Assembly (NCBI GenBank): GCA_039190275.1
Contig: JBCCYF010000004.1
Location: 5,422 to 69,421, forward strand
Reading direction: 5' to 3'
Length of the DNA: 64,000 nucleotides
Source of the DNA: Pseudomonadota bacterium
GTDB taxonomy: Bacteria; Pseudomonadota; Alphaproteobacteria; Rhodobacterales; Rhodobacteraceae
The first letter of the stretch is position 1, and each line of letters begins with the position of its first letter. The notes beneath the pieces are model-generated. The model was not told the origin of the DNA. It was given only the letters and a program-made list of their open reading frames with translations, and searched no databases. The position numbers were made by a program, and so were the translations under genes. Below, piece after piece: positions 17,908-27,203 of this stretch.

Positions 17908-18339
17908 ATGCGCGATACCGCACCATCAATGCCGACTGAAATCGCGACTGTGTTCGAGGCGATGCCAGCCGATGTGGCTGTCAAGCTTAGGCAAATGCGT
18001 ACCCTTATTTACGCGGTCGCCGAGGCTGAGAACGTAGCCCCGTTGAGCGAAACGCTGAAGTGGGGTGAACCCTCCTACGCGACGGTGCGGACCAAGGCAG
18101 GAACACCGATCCGTCTGGGCTGGTCGCGCAAGACACCGAAGCGCTGCGCGATGTTTGTGAACTGCCAGACCACGCTGCTGGATCAGTACCGAGAGCGGTA
18201 TGGCGACGAACTTGAATTTCAGGGCAATCGGGCGGTTGTGATTCCGACCGACGGACCGCTGAACGAAGCACCGGTTGTGGGGTGCATCGCGCTTGCGCTG
18301 ACCTACCACCGCAACAAACGCCTGCGAGCGGGAGGCTAG
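17908..18339 (+). CDS. DUF1801 (YdhG-like) domain protein
   Basis: 143 aa. LKWGEPSYA and the surrounding pattern resemble the DUF1801/YdhG family. Starts 3 nt after the previous stop. Confidence 0.7.
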   Translation: MRDTAPSMPTEIATVFEAMPADVAVKLRQMRTLIYAVAEAENVAPLSETLKWGEPSYATVRTKAGTPIRLGWSRKTPKRCAMFVNCQTTLLDQYRERYGDELEFQGNRAVVIPTDGPLNEAPVVGCIALALTYHRNKRLRAGG

Positions 18340-18342
18340 CCG

Positions 18343-19440
18343 TTGGCCGAGATTGTTGTCAGAAATCTGCGCAAAGAGTTCGGGGATTTTACCGCAGTGC
18401 GCGAAAGCTCGTTCACCATCGGGGACGGGGAGTTCTTCATGCTCCTCGGGCCATCGGGCTGTGGCAAAACCACCACACTGCGGATGATCGCGGGGCTTGA
18501 GCTGCCGACCTCTGGCGAGATCTATCTTGATGGCGAGGAAATCAGCCAGAAGCCGCCCTCGCAACGTGACATCGCCTTTGTGTTTCAGATGTTCGCGCTT
18601 TACCCGCACATGAACGTGCGACGCAACCTGAGCTATCCCCTGATCAGCCAGGGGATGCCGCGTGCGCAGGTAAACGCCAAAGTGGGCGAAGTGGCCGAGA
18701 TCCTGGGGATCACCGACATTCTCAATCGCCCGGTCGGTGGCCTCTCGGGCGGCGATCGCCAGCGTGTCGCGCTTGGCCGGGCCATCGTCCGCGATCCCAA
18801 AGCCTTCATGATGGATGAGCCGCTGGGTGCTCTGGACGCCGAGTTTCGCGAGCGTATGGCCGAGGAACTCAGGGCGCTGCATGACCGGATGAATGCCACG
18901 ACAGTCTACGTCACCCATGACCAGCTTGAGGCCATGCAAATGGGTGACAAGATTGTGGTCATGAACAATGCGGTGGTCGAGCAGTTCGGGACGCCTCAGG
19001 AAATCTATGACAAGCCCGCAACGATGTTCGTGGCCGATTTCATCGGGTCGCCTTCGATGAACTTTCTTGAGTTTCAGGGCACAGTGGCTGCAGGGTCCGA
19101 CAGCGTGGATATGAACGGCCTCGCTTTGAGTATACCGCGCCAGCACGACGGCGCGATGGGCAGTCTGGTGTTCGGGGTCCGCCCGGAACATGTGCGGCTG
19201 TCCCAGGACGGTTCCTATCGCGGCGAAGTGCTGGCCGCGGAATACCTGGGAACCACTCAGATCATCACGCTTGAGACACCAAATGGCGAACTCAAGGCGC
19301 GTGTTGCCTCGGATCAGGTTGCCCGGGTCGGGGAAACCGTTGGGCTGGAGTTTGATGCCAGGACCGTGACGCTGTTCAACACGTCGGACGGGCGCGCACT
19401 GCGCTCGGATCTCAATGCGGGGGTGCTGGGCGATGGCTGA
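18343..19440 (+). CDS. ABC transporter ATP-binding protein (MalK/UgpC-like)
   Basis: TTG start. Walker A GPSGCGKTT, signature LSGGDRQR, Walker B FMMDEPLGALD, plus a C-terminal regulatory (TOBE-like) domain. Confidence 0.93.
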   Translation: MAEIVVRNLRKEFGDFTAVRESSFTIGDGEFFMLLGPSGCGKTTTLRMIAGLELPTSGEIYLDGEEISQKPPSQRDIAFVFQMFALYPHMNVRRNLSYPLISQGMPRAQVNAKVGEVAEILGITDILNRPVGGLSGGDRQRVALGRAIVRDPKAFMMDEPLGALDAEFRERMAEELRALHDRMNATTVYVTHDQLEAMQMGDKIVVMNNAVVEQFGTPQEIYDKPATMFVADFIGSPSMNFLEFQGTVAAGSDSVDMNGLALSIPRQHDGAMGSLVFGVRPEHVRLSQDGSYRGEVLAAEYLGTTQIITLETPNGELKARVASDQVARVGETVGLEFDARTVTLFNTSDGRALRSDLNAGVLGDG

Positions 19441-20425
19441 GGTCGTACTCCAGGATGTTTCAAAGTCATTTGGCCCCGACATCGCGGTGGACGGTATTTC
19501 GATGACCGTGCCGGATGGCGCTTTCGTCGTGCTTTTGGGACCGACTGGTGCAGGCAAAACCACCACACTGCGGCTTATCTCGGGGCTGGAAAAACTGGAC
19601 CGCGGAACGGTGTGGGTCGGTGGTCGGGACGTTGTCAACGACACACCGGCGCAACGCAATGTGGCGATGGTGTTCCAACAGTACTCGCTCTACCCGCATC
19701 TGACCGTTCGCGAAAACCTTGAGTTTCCTCTGAAGTCACCGATCCTGAACACCCCGCCCGAGCAGATCAAGCGCAAGGTTTCCGAAGTCGCCGAGGTTCT
19801 GCAGATCAGCGATAAGCTGGACAACCGGGCGACGGCGTTGTCGGGCGGCGAAATGCAGCGGGTCTCTATCGGACGCGCGCTGGTGCGTGATCCGTCGATC
19901 TATCTGATGGACGAACCGCTGAGCTCGCTGGATGCCAAGCTGCGGACCGATTTGCGGGTCGAACTCAAGCGTATTCAAGCCAGCCTGGGCGCCACGTTGC
20001 TTTACGTAACGCATGATCAGATCGAAGCCATGACAATGGCGACCCATGTCGGCGTGCTTAACGAGGGCAAGTTGGTGCAGTTCGGATCACCGCGCCAGAT
20101 CTATGAGGATCCCAACAGCCTGTACGTTGCCGGGCGCCTGGGGCTGCCCCGGATCAATGTTCTGCCTGTAGAGGTTTTTGGCGGCGCGCCGCAGGGCGCG
20201 ACACATATCGCGATGCGTCCCGAGCACATCACCCAGGGCGAGGGGCAGGAGGCGACTATAAAACGCGTCGAACACCTGGGCGATCAGACCCGGCTACATC
20301 TGGAACTCAAAGGGTATGAAATCACCACGCTTGTGGACCCGGATCAGACCTACTTACCCGGAGCGACGCTCAAGATTTCGCCCAGAAACCCCCTGGCCTT
20401 TGCCGCAGACGGGAGCCGGATTTAA
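19433..20425 (+). CDS. ABC transporter ATP-binding protein, second distinct copy
   Basis: ATG 19433 overlaps the previous stop (ATGGCTGA). Walker A GPTGAGKTT, signature LSGGEMQR, Walker B YLMDEPLSSLD. Confidence 0.93.
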   Translation: MAEVVLQDVSKSFGPDIAVDGISMTVPDGAFVVLLGPTGAGKTTTLRLISGLEKLDRGTVWVGGRDVVNDTPAQRNVAMVFQQYSLYPHLTVRENLEFPLKSPILNTPPEQIKRKVSEVAEVLQISDKLDNRATALSGGEMQRVSIGRALVRDPSIYLMDEPLSSLDAKLRTDLRVELKRIQASLGATLLYVTHDQIEAMTMATHVGVLNEGKLVQFGSPRQIYEDPNSLYVAGRLGLPRINVLPVEVFGGAPQGATHIAMRPEHITQGEGQEATIKRVEHLGDQTRLHLELKGYEITTLVDPDQTYLPGATLKISPRNPLAFAADGSRI

Positions 20426-20439
20426 AAGGGAGGACGCCC

Positions 20440-22062
20440 GTGACCCAGTTTATCAACACCAAGGAAACGCTGGTAACCGAAGCCATAGACGGTCTGCTGA
20501 AGTCCGCCGGCGGGACCCTGTGCCGACTTGATGGTTACCCGCATATCAAAGTGGTCTGCCGTTCGGGTTGGGATAAGTCCCGGGTCGCGCTCATCTCGGG
20601 CGGGGGGTCGGGGCACGAGCCTGCCCACGCGGGTTTCGTCGGTGCAGGGATGCTGACTGCTGCCGTGTGCGGTGAGGTATTCGCCAGCCCCTCGGTCGAT
20701 GCGGTGTTGGCGGGTATCCTGGCTGTCACCGGTGAGGCTGGCTGCCTGCTGATCGTCAAAAACTATACCGGCGATCGGCTCAATTTCGGCCTCGCGGCCG
20801 AGCGTGCCCGGGCCTTCGGGCTCAAGGTATCCATGGTCGTGGTGGACGACGACATCGCGCTGCCAGACCTGCCACAGGCGCGCGGCGTGGCTGGAACGCT
20901 GCTGGTCCACAAGATCGCCGGAGCGCTGGCCGAGGATGGCGCCGATCTGGACAGTGTGACGTCCGCGGCCGCTGAGACGGTCAAGAACCTGGCTTCCATC
21001 GGTATGTCGCTGGATACCTGCACGATACCAGGCTCGGTCAAGGAGGATCGGATCGCACATGGTATGGCGGAAATGGGGCTTGGCATCCATGGCGAGGCGG
21101 GCGTCGAACAGGTGGTCTTTGACACCGCCCGAAGCGCAATGGGAATGGTGGTACAGAAGTTGCAGTCTCACCTCACGTCGCCTTCGGTAGCGCTGCTGAA
21201 CAACCTGGGGTCTACCACACCGCTTGAGATGAGTATCCTGACCGAAGAGCTGTTTCGTGCCGATACAGCGGGTCATATCGAGCTGGTTGTCGGGCCCGCC
21301 CAGATGATGACTTCCTTGGACATGCACGGGTTTTCTGTGACCGTCCTGCCGGTGAACCCTGCGCACCGTGAGTTGCTGACCAGACCGGCGCCGATGCCCG
21401 CTTGGCCCGGCACAATGCCGGTTGCACCGGCGGAGGTCTGGCCGCTGCCGGATGGACTGAGCCCGATCAAACCGATCCCCTCCATGAATGCTCCGGTGCG
21501 GGATGTCATCGAAAAGTGCTGCGCGCTGCTGATAGCCTCGGAGGAGGCATTGAATGTGCTGGATGCGAAGTCGGGGGACGGTGATACCGGAAGCACCCTG
21601 GCAACGGCTGCACGTGCGCTGGACGGTGCTTTGGACAGGATGCCGTTGGCCGATCTGACGCAATTGTTTCGCGCCATTGGCAATGAACTGAGCCAGACAA
21701 TGGGTGGATCCTCGGGTGTTATTCTGGCGATCTTCTTCGGTGCGACGGGCGATGCCTGCGCAAACGGACAGGCGACGGCCGAGGCGCTTCAAAGCGGCCT
21801 TGCACGGATCAGCCAGGTTGGCGGTGCGGTGCGTGGCGACCGAACCATGATCGATGCGCTGGAACCGGCCCTGGAGGCGCTGCCACAGGGGATTGCCCAG
21901 GCGGCCCGGGCGGCGCGTGCCGGCGCCGATGCAACGGCCGGGATCGGGCGCGCCAAGGCTGGGCGCGCGTCCTATGTGCCCGAGCAGAACCTTATTGGCC
22001 ACAATGACCCGGGTGCCGAGGCGGTTGCTCTTCTGTTCGAGGGGTTGGCCGACGCCCTGTGA
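20440..22062 (+). CDS. ATP-dependent dihydroxyacetone/triose-type kinase, fused Dak1-Dak2
   Basis: 540 aa, GTG start. Dak1 motifs ISGGGSGHEPAHAGFVG and IVKNYTGDRLNFG. Dak2 motif KSGDGDTGSTL. The substrate could be DHA, glyceraldehyde or erythrulose. Confidence 0.9.
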   Translation: MTQFINTKETLVTEAIDGLLKSAGGTLCRLDGYPHIKVVCRSGWDKSRVALISGGGSGHEPAHAGFVGAGMLTAAVCGEVFASPSVDAVLAGILAVTGEAGCLLIVKNYTGDRLNFGLAAERARAFGLKVSMVVVDDDIALPDLPQARGVAGTLLVHKIAGALAEDGADLDSVTSAAAETVKNLASIGMSLDTCTIPGSVKEDRIAHGMAEMGLGIHGEAGVEQVVFDTARSAMGMVVQKLQSHLTSPSVALLNNLGSTTPLEMSILTEELFRADTAGHIELVVGPAQMMTSLDMHGFSVTVLPVNPAHRELLTRPAPMPAWPGTMPVAPAEVWPLPDGLSPIKPIPSMNAPVRDVIEKCCALLIASEEALNVLDAKSGDGDTGSTLATAARALDGALDRMPLADLTQLFRAIGNELSQTMGGSSGVILAIFFGATGDACANGQATAEALQSGLARISQVGGAVRGDRTMIDALEPALEALPQGIAQAARAARAGADATAGIGRAKAGRASYVPEQNLIGHNDPGAEAVALLFEGLADAL

Positions 22063-22077
22063 TATGATCGATGCGCC

Positions 22078-23127
22078 ATGAAACTGGATCGGGATACGAC
22101 GCAGAACCCGACTGTCAATGACATTGCCCGCGTGGCCGAAGTCAGTCTGGCAACGGTCGATCGTGTCCTGAACAAACGGCCGGGCGTTCGCTCGGCTACG
22201 GTCGAGCGGGTGAACAAGGCCATCGCGCAGCTGGGCTACGTCCGCGATACCGCCGCAGCCAATCTGGCCCGCGGTCGAACCTATACCTTCGTTTTCATAC
22301 TGCCCGCGAACAGCAACGAGTTTACTGCCATGCTCGAGGCACAGATCGGAGATTTGGCGGCGGACCTGAAGCGGGACAGGACGCAATTGAGCTGCGTCAA
22401 GGTCCCGGCGTTTGATCCAATGGCCCTGGCCCTGGCGATCGCGCGGATCGATGTGGACGCGGTCGACGGCGTTGCGATATTCGGTCTTGAGACACCATCG
22501 GTGCGGGATGCGATCTCGGGGCTTAAGGGGCAGGGCGTTTCGGTGGTATCCTTGGTTTCCGACATCCCAAGCTCGGAACGGGACGCCTATGTCGGGCTGG
22601 ACAACATTGCCGCCGGGCGCACAGCGGCGCAGTTGATGGGGCGATTTCTGGGTGCGCGGCATGGCGAGATCATCGTGATTACGGGTTCAACGCTTGCCCG
22701 GGATCATCTCGAGCGGCGCTTGGGCTTTGACGAGGTGATGCGACGTGACTTTCCAAAACTGAATGTGCTGGCCTCATTGGAGGGCCGCGATGATCCTGAG
22801 GTTGTGGAACGGGTGCTGCGCCGCTCGGACACCGGGCATGCGGATGTGGCGGGGATCTATTCTTCGGCTGCTGGTAATGCCGGACTGTTGCGGTACCTTG
22901 CGGCGCGGCAGGGTCCCCGGCCCATGATCATCGCGCATGAACTCACTCCGATGTCGCGCGGGGCGCTCAGCGATGGCGTATTTGACGTTGTGATCTCGCA
23001 AGATGCGGGTCATCTGGTGCGCAGTTCCGTGCGCATCATGCGCGCGAATGCAGACAAACTGCCGATTAATTCCGCTCAGGAGCGGATCAGAATTGATGTA
23101 TATCTAAGAGAAAACCTGCCGCCGTGA
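22078..23127 (+). CDS. LacI family transcriptional regulator
   Basis: N-terminal HTH TVNDIARVAEVSLATVDRVLNKRPGVRSATVERVNKAIAQLGY, followed by a periplasmic-binding-protein-like sugar-binding domain. Confidence 0.9.
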   Translation: MKLDRDTTQNPTVNDIARVAEVSLATVDRVLNKRPGVRSATVERVNKAIAQLGYVRDTAAANLARGRTYTFVFILPANSNEFTAMLEAQIGDLAADLKRDRTQLSCVKVPAFDPMALALAIARIDVDAVDGVAIFGLETPSVRDAISGLKGQGVSVVSLVSDIPSSERDAYVGLDNIAAGRTAAQLMGRFLGARHGEIIVITGSTLARDHLERRLGFDEVMRRDFPKLNVLASLEGRDDPEVVERVLRRSDTGHADVAGIYSSAAGNAGLLRYLAARQGPRPMIIAHELTPMSRGALSDGVFDVVISQDAGHLVRSSVRIMRANADKLPINSAQERIRIDVYLRENLPP

Positions 23128-23150
23128 CGGTGGATTGACCGGAGGAAAAC

Positions 23151-24206
23151 ATGAAGACAATCAAGGGGCCTGCGTTGTTTCTGGCGCAGTTCGCGGGGGA
23201 TGACGCACCGTTCAACTCCTGGGATGCCATCACCAAATGGGCGGCGGCGTGCGGCTATACCGGCGTGCAGGTGCCAAGCTGGGATGACCGGTTGTTCGAC
23301 CTGGCACAGGCGGCGGCGTCAAAGGACTACTGCGATACGTTCAAGGGCGAGGCGGCTGAAAATGGCATCCATGTGACCGAGCTTTCGACCCATCTGCAGG
23401 GTCAGCTGGTGGCGGTGCATCCGGCCTATGACGCGGGTTTCGATGGGTTCGCGGACGTCTCGGTCCGCGGCAATCCCGCGGCCCGTCAGGCCTGGGCGGT
23501 GGAGCAAGTCAAAATGGCGGTCACCGCATCCCGGAACATGGGGATTGATGCGCATGCGACGTTCTCGGGCGCGCTGGCCTGGCCCTATGTCTATCCCTGG
23601 CCGCAGCGACCTGCCGGGCTGGTGGAAACGGCCTTTGACGAACTGGCGGCGCGCTGGCGTCCGATCCTGGACCACGCTGATGCGCAGGGCGTCGACATCT
23701 GTTACGAGATTCACCCGGGCGAGGATCTGCACGACGGTGTGACCTTCGAGATGTTTTTGCAGCGGGTCGATAACCACGCGCGGGCCAATATGCTCTACGA
23801 CCCGTCGCACTATGTGCTGCAATGCCTCGACTATCTGGACAACATCGACATCTACAAAGACCGGATCAAGATGTTCCACGTGAAGGATGCCGAGTTCAAT
23901 CCCACAGGGCGGCAAGGTGTCTATTCCGGCTTCCAGCCCTGGGTCGACCGCGCCGGGCGCTTTCGCAGCCTTGGCGATGGTCAGGTGGATTTTGGTGCGG
24001 TTTTTTCCAAGATGGCGGCAAATGACTTTAATGGCTGGGCCGTTGTGGAATGGGAGTGCTGTCTGAAACACCCCGAGGATGGGGCGCGAGAGGGAGCGCA
24101 ATTTGTCAAAGACCACATCATCCGCGTGACGGAGCGGGCCTTCGATGATTTCGCAGATGGGGGCACGGATCAGGCGGCCAACCGAAAAATGCTGGGGATA
24201 GAGTGA
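23151..24206 (+). CDS. sugar phosphate isomerase/epimerase (xylose isomerase-like TIM barrel)
   Basis: 351 aa. The overall pattern (HATFSG, ICYEIHPGEDL, FHVKDAE, AVVEWEC) fits the AP_endonuc_2 / xylose isomerase-like TIM barrel family. Confidence 0.82.
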   Translation: MKTIKGPALFLAQFAGDDAPFNSWDAITKWAAACGYTGVQVPSWDDRLFDLAQAAASKDYCDTFKGEAAENGIHVTELSTHLQGQLVAVHPAYDAGFDGFADVSVRGNPAARQAWAVEQVKMAVTASRNMGIDAHATFSGALAWPYVYPWPQRPAGLVETAFDELAARWRPILDHADAQGVDICYEIHPGEDLHDGVTFEMFLQRVDNHARANMLYDPSHYVLQCLDYLDNIDIYKDRIKMFHVKDAEFNPTGRQGVYSGFQPWVDRAGRFRSLGDGQVDFGAVFSKMAANDFNGWAVVEWECCLKHPEDGAREGAQFVKDHIIRVTERAFDDFADGGTDQAANRKMLGIE

Positions 24207-25330
24207 TGGGGCGTATTCGACTGGGAATGGTTGGGGGCGGCAACGACGCCTTTATCGGGGCCGTCCATCGGATCGCGGCCCGGCTTGATGATCGGTTCGA
24301 ACTGGTTGCCGGTGCGCTGTCGTCAACGCCCGAAAAGGCGCGCGCCTCGGGCAAGGCACTGGGGCTCGGCCGCATCTATGACGACTACAAGCAGATGGCA
24401 ATTCGCGAGGCGCGCCTTAAGAACGGCATCGAGGCTGTGTCGATCGTGACCCCCAATCACGTCCATTACGCCGCCGCGCGGGAGTTTCTGAAACGCGGCA
24501 TCCATGTGATCTGCGACAAGCCGCTGACCTCGACCCTTGGGGATGCGCGAAAGCTGGTGAAGCTGGTCGAAGGTGGCGACGCGCTGTTCGTCCTGACCCA
24601 CAACTATACCGGTTATCCCATGATCCGCCAGGCCCGCCAAATGATTGCAGCCGACACTTTGGGCAAGATCCGCGTGGTGCAGGTGGAGTACCCTCAGGAC
24701 TGGCTGACAGTCGATCAGGATATCAAGCAGGCACGTTGGCGGACCGATCCGGCCCGGTCGGGTGCTGGCGGGTCCACCGGCGATATCGGGACCCATGCGC
24801 ATAACCTTTCTTGCTTTGTTACGGGTCTGAAAGTCGAAAGTCTTGCCGCCGACCTGCAGGCCTTTGTCTCGGGCCGGCAACTGGACGACAATGCGCATGT
24901 TATGCTGCGGTTCCAAGGCGGTGCGCGCGGCATGCTTTGGTGTAGTCAGGTGGCACCGGGAAACGAAAACGCCCTGCGTCTCAGAGTCTATGGTGAGACC
25001 GGCGGACTGGAATGGTCGCAGGAGGAGCCAAACGCGCTCTGGCACACGCCCTTCGGTGAGCCCAAGCGCCTGCTGACCCGCGGCGGAGCGGGGGCGAGCG
25101 AAGCCGCCAACGCTGTAAGCCGTGTACCGCCCGGTCATCCTGAGGGCTATCTGGAAGGTTTTGCGACGATTTACAGCGAGGCTGCCGATGCTATTGAAGC
25201 TCACGGCGCGGGCCGCTCACAAACAGGCGCACTCCCCACGGTCCAGGATGGTCTGCGGGGTATAGAGTTCGTGGACGCCTGCGTGCGCTCCTCGGCCCGG
25301 AACGCGGCCTGGGTGACGCTGCCCGATTGA
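24206..25330 (+). CDS. Gfo/Idh/MocA family oxidoreductase
   Basis: N-terminal Rossmann motif IRLGMVGGGNDAFIGAVH. About 374 aa. The start (ATG 24206 or GTG 24203) overlaps the preceding stop. Confidence 0.88.
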   Translation: MGRIRLGMVGGGNDAFIGAVHRIAARLDDRFELVAGALSSTPEKARASGKALGLGRIYDDYKQMAIREARLKNGIEAVSIVTPNHVHYAAAREFLKRGIHVICDKPLTSTLGDARKLVKLVEGGDALFVLTHNYTGYPMIRQARQMIAADTLGKIRVVQVEYPQDWLTVDQDIKQARWRTDPARSGAGGSTGDIGTHAHNLSCFVTGLKVESLAADLQAFVSGRQLDDNAHVMLRFQGGARGMLWCSQVAPGNENALRLRVYGETGGLEWSQEEPNALWHTPFGEPKRLLTRGGAGASEAANAVSRVPPGHPEGYLEGFATIYSEAADAIEAHGAGRSQTGALPTVQDGLRGIEFVDACVRSSARNAAWVTLPD

Positions 25331-25417
25331 AATAACGCCGCCCCCGTGACGCCATGTCCGCATTGACCGGCCCGACCCTCGCCGCTACCTGTTCTTGACG
25401 CGAAAGGGAGAGCCGGG

Positions 25418-27070
25418 ATGAGCGAGATTGAACGCGAAAGCATGGAGTACGACGTGGTCATTGTGGGCGCCGGTCCAGCTGGCTTGTCCGCTGCGATCCG
25501 CCTCAAGCAAATCGATCCCGACCTGGAGGTGGTCGTCCTTGAAAAGGGCTCCGAGGTTGGCGCGCACATCCTCTCGGGGGCGGTGCTGGATCCGGCCGGT
25601 CTGGATACCTTGTTGCCCGACTGGAAAGAGCGTGGTGCGCCGATAAACGTTCCGGTGACGCAGGATAAATTCCTGTTCCTGGGTCCTGCCGGGCATATCC
25701 GAATTCCCAATACGCCTATGCCACCGCTGATGTCGAACCACGGAAACTATATCGTGAGCATGGGCAATGTCTGCCGCTGGATGGCCGAACAGGCCGAAGC
25801 GTTGGGCGTCGAGATCTTTCCAGGTATGGCCTGTTCGGAACTGGTCTTTGGTCCGGACGGCAACGTCACGGGTGTCGTCGCCGGTGAATTCGGCATTGAA
25901 AAGGACGGAACCAAGGGCGCCGGCTATGAGCCGGGGATGGTTCTGAACGGCAAATACGTTTTTCTGGCCGAGGGCGTGCGCGGCAGCCTGAGCAAAACGG
26001 CCATTGCCCGATACAAACTGGATGCGCTGAGCGAGCCGCAAAAATTCGGCCTGGGCATGAAGGAAATTTGGGAGATCGATCCCGAAAAGCACAAACAAGG
26101 CACAGTGGTCCATACGATGGGATGGCCGTTGGGGAAAAACGCAGGCGGCGGGTCGTTCATCTATCATGCGGACAACAATCAGATTTTCATCGGTCTGGTG
26201 GTGCATCTGAACTACGAGAATCCGCACTTGTTCCCCTATCAGGAGTTTCAGCGCTTCAAACATCATCCCGTCGTCGCGAAACTGCTAGAAGGCGGCAAGC
26301 GCGTTGCCTATGGCGCACGGGCGATCTCCGAGGGCGGTTGGCAGTCCATTCCGCGGGTGGCGTTTCCGGGCGGTGTGTTGCTGGGGTGCTCGGCCGGGCT
26401 CGTCAATGTGCCGCGCATCAAGGGCAATCATAACGCGATGTTGTCCGGGATCGCGGCAGCCGAAGCGGCGGCCGATGCCATCAAGGCGGGGCGCGCGAGC
26501 GATGAGCTGGAGGAGTATGACACCGCGCTGAAGTCAGGTCCGGTGGCGGACGACCTCAAACCGGTGCGCAACGTCAAACCGATCTGGTCCAACAAAGGCC
26601 TGCTGCGCAGCCTGGTCTATGGTGGTATCGACATGTGGGTCGGCGGTCTGACCGGATGGAACCCCTGGGGAACGCAGAAGCACCGCAAGTCGGATGCGGC
26701 CGCCACTGGTCGCGCCTCGAAATTCAAACCGATTGATTATGGCAAGCCCGATGGGAAGTTGAGCTTTGACCGTCTCACAAATGTAAGTTTTTCGGGCACC
26801 AACCATGAAGAGAATCAGCCAAGTCATCTGACTCTGGCCGATCCCACCATTCCGATCCTGGTTAACTTGCCCGAATATGCCGAACCGGCGCAGCGGTACT
26901 GTCCGGCTGGAGTGTATGAGGTGGTGCAGGAAGAGGGGCAGGAACCACGTTTCCAGATCAACGCGCAGAACTGTGTGCACTGCAAGACCTGTGACATCAA
27001 AGACCCAAGTCAAAACATTAATTGGGTTACGCCGCAGGGCGGTGAGGGGCCTAACTATCCGAATATGTAG
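25418..27070 (+). CDS. electron-transfer flavoprotein:ubiquinone oxidoreductase (ETF-QO)
   Basis: 550 aa. FAD motif YDVVIVGAGPAGLSAAIRL and a C-terminal 4Fe-4S region CPAGVYE...NCVHCKTCDIKDP. Confidence 0.93.
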   Translation: MSEIERESMEYDVVIVGAGPAGLSAAIRLKQIDPDLEVVVLEKGSEVGAHILSGAVLDPAGLDTLLPDWKERGAPINVPVTQDKFLFLGPAGHIRIPNTPMPPLMSNHGNYIVSMGNVCRWMAEQAEALGVEIFPGMACSELVFGPDGNVTGVVAGEFGIEKDGTKGAGYEPGMVLNGKYVFLAEGVRGSLSKTAIARYKLDALSEPQKFGLGMKEIWEIDPEKHKQGTVVHTMGWPLGKNAGGGSFIYHADNNQIFIGLVVHLNYENPHLFPYQEFQRFKHHPVVAKLLEGGKRVAYGARAISEGGWQSIPRVAFPGGVLLGCSAGLVNVPRIKGNHNAMLSGIAAAEAAADAIKAGRASDELEEYDTALKSGPVADDLKPVRNVKPIWSNKGLLRSLVYGGIDMWVGGLTGWNPWGTQKHRKSDAAATGRASKFKPIDYGKPDGKLSFDRLTNVSFSGTNHEENQPSHLTLADPTIPILVNLPEYAEPAQRYCPAGVYEVVQEEGQEPRFQINAQNCVHCKTCDIKDPSQNINWVTPQGGEGPNYPNM

Positions 27071-27203
27071 ATATATTCTGCTAATTGTGGCGAAATTCTG
27101 TGCAACCGGTAAATCTTGCCTTTGGCTGGTCACAATAACGTTTGATGAGTTTGCACTCCCCTAGGGTCCACTCTAGGGTTTTGTCAAACAATAGAGGTTG
27201 GGC

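Noticed and set aside
17926-19659. 577-aa minus-strand ORF
   Set aside because: It is antisense to the DUF1801 gene and both ABC ATPase genes, which carry Walker A/B and signature motifs. Its own translation has no recognisable features.
20422-22662. 746-aa ORF on the minus strand, the longest unannotated ORF in the track
   Set aside because: It is entirely antisense to the Dak kinase and LacI genes, both of which have unmistakable motifs. Its product is Arg/Gly/His/Gln-rich with no motif. It is a typical stop-codon-poor antisense frame in high-GC DNA.
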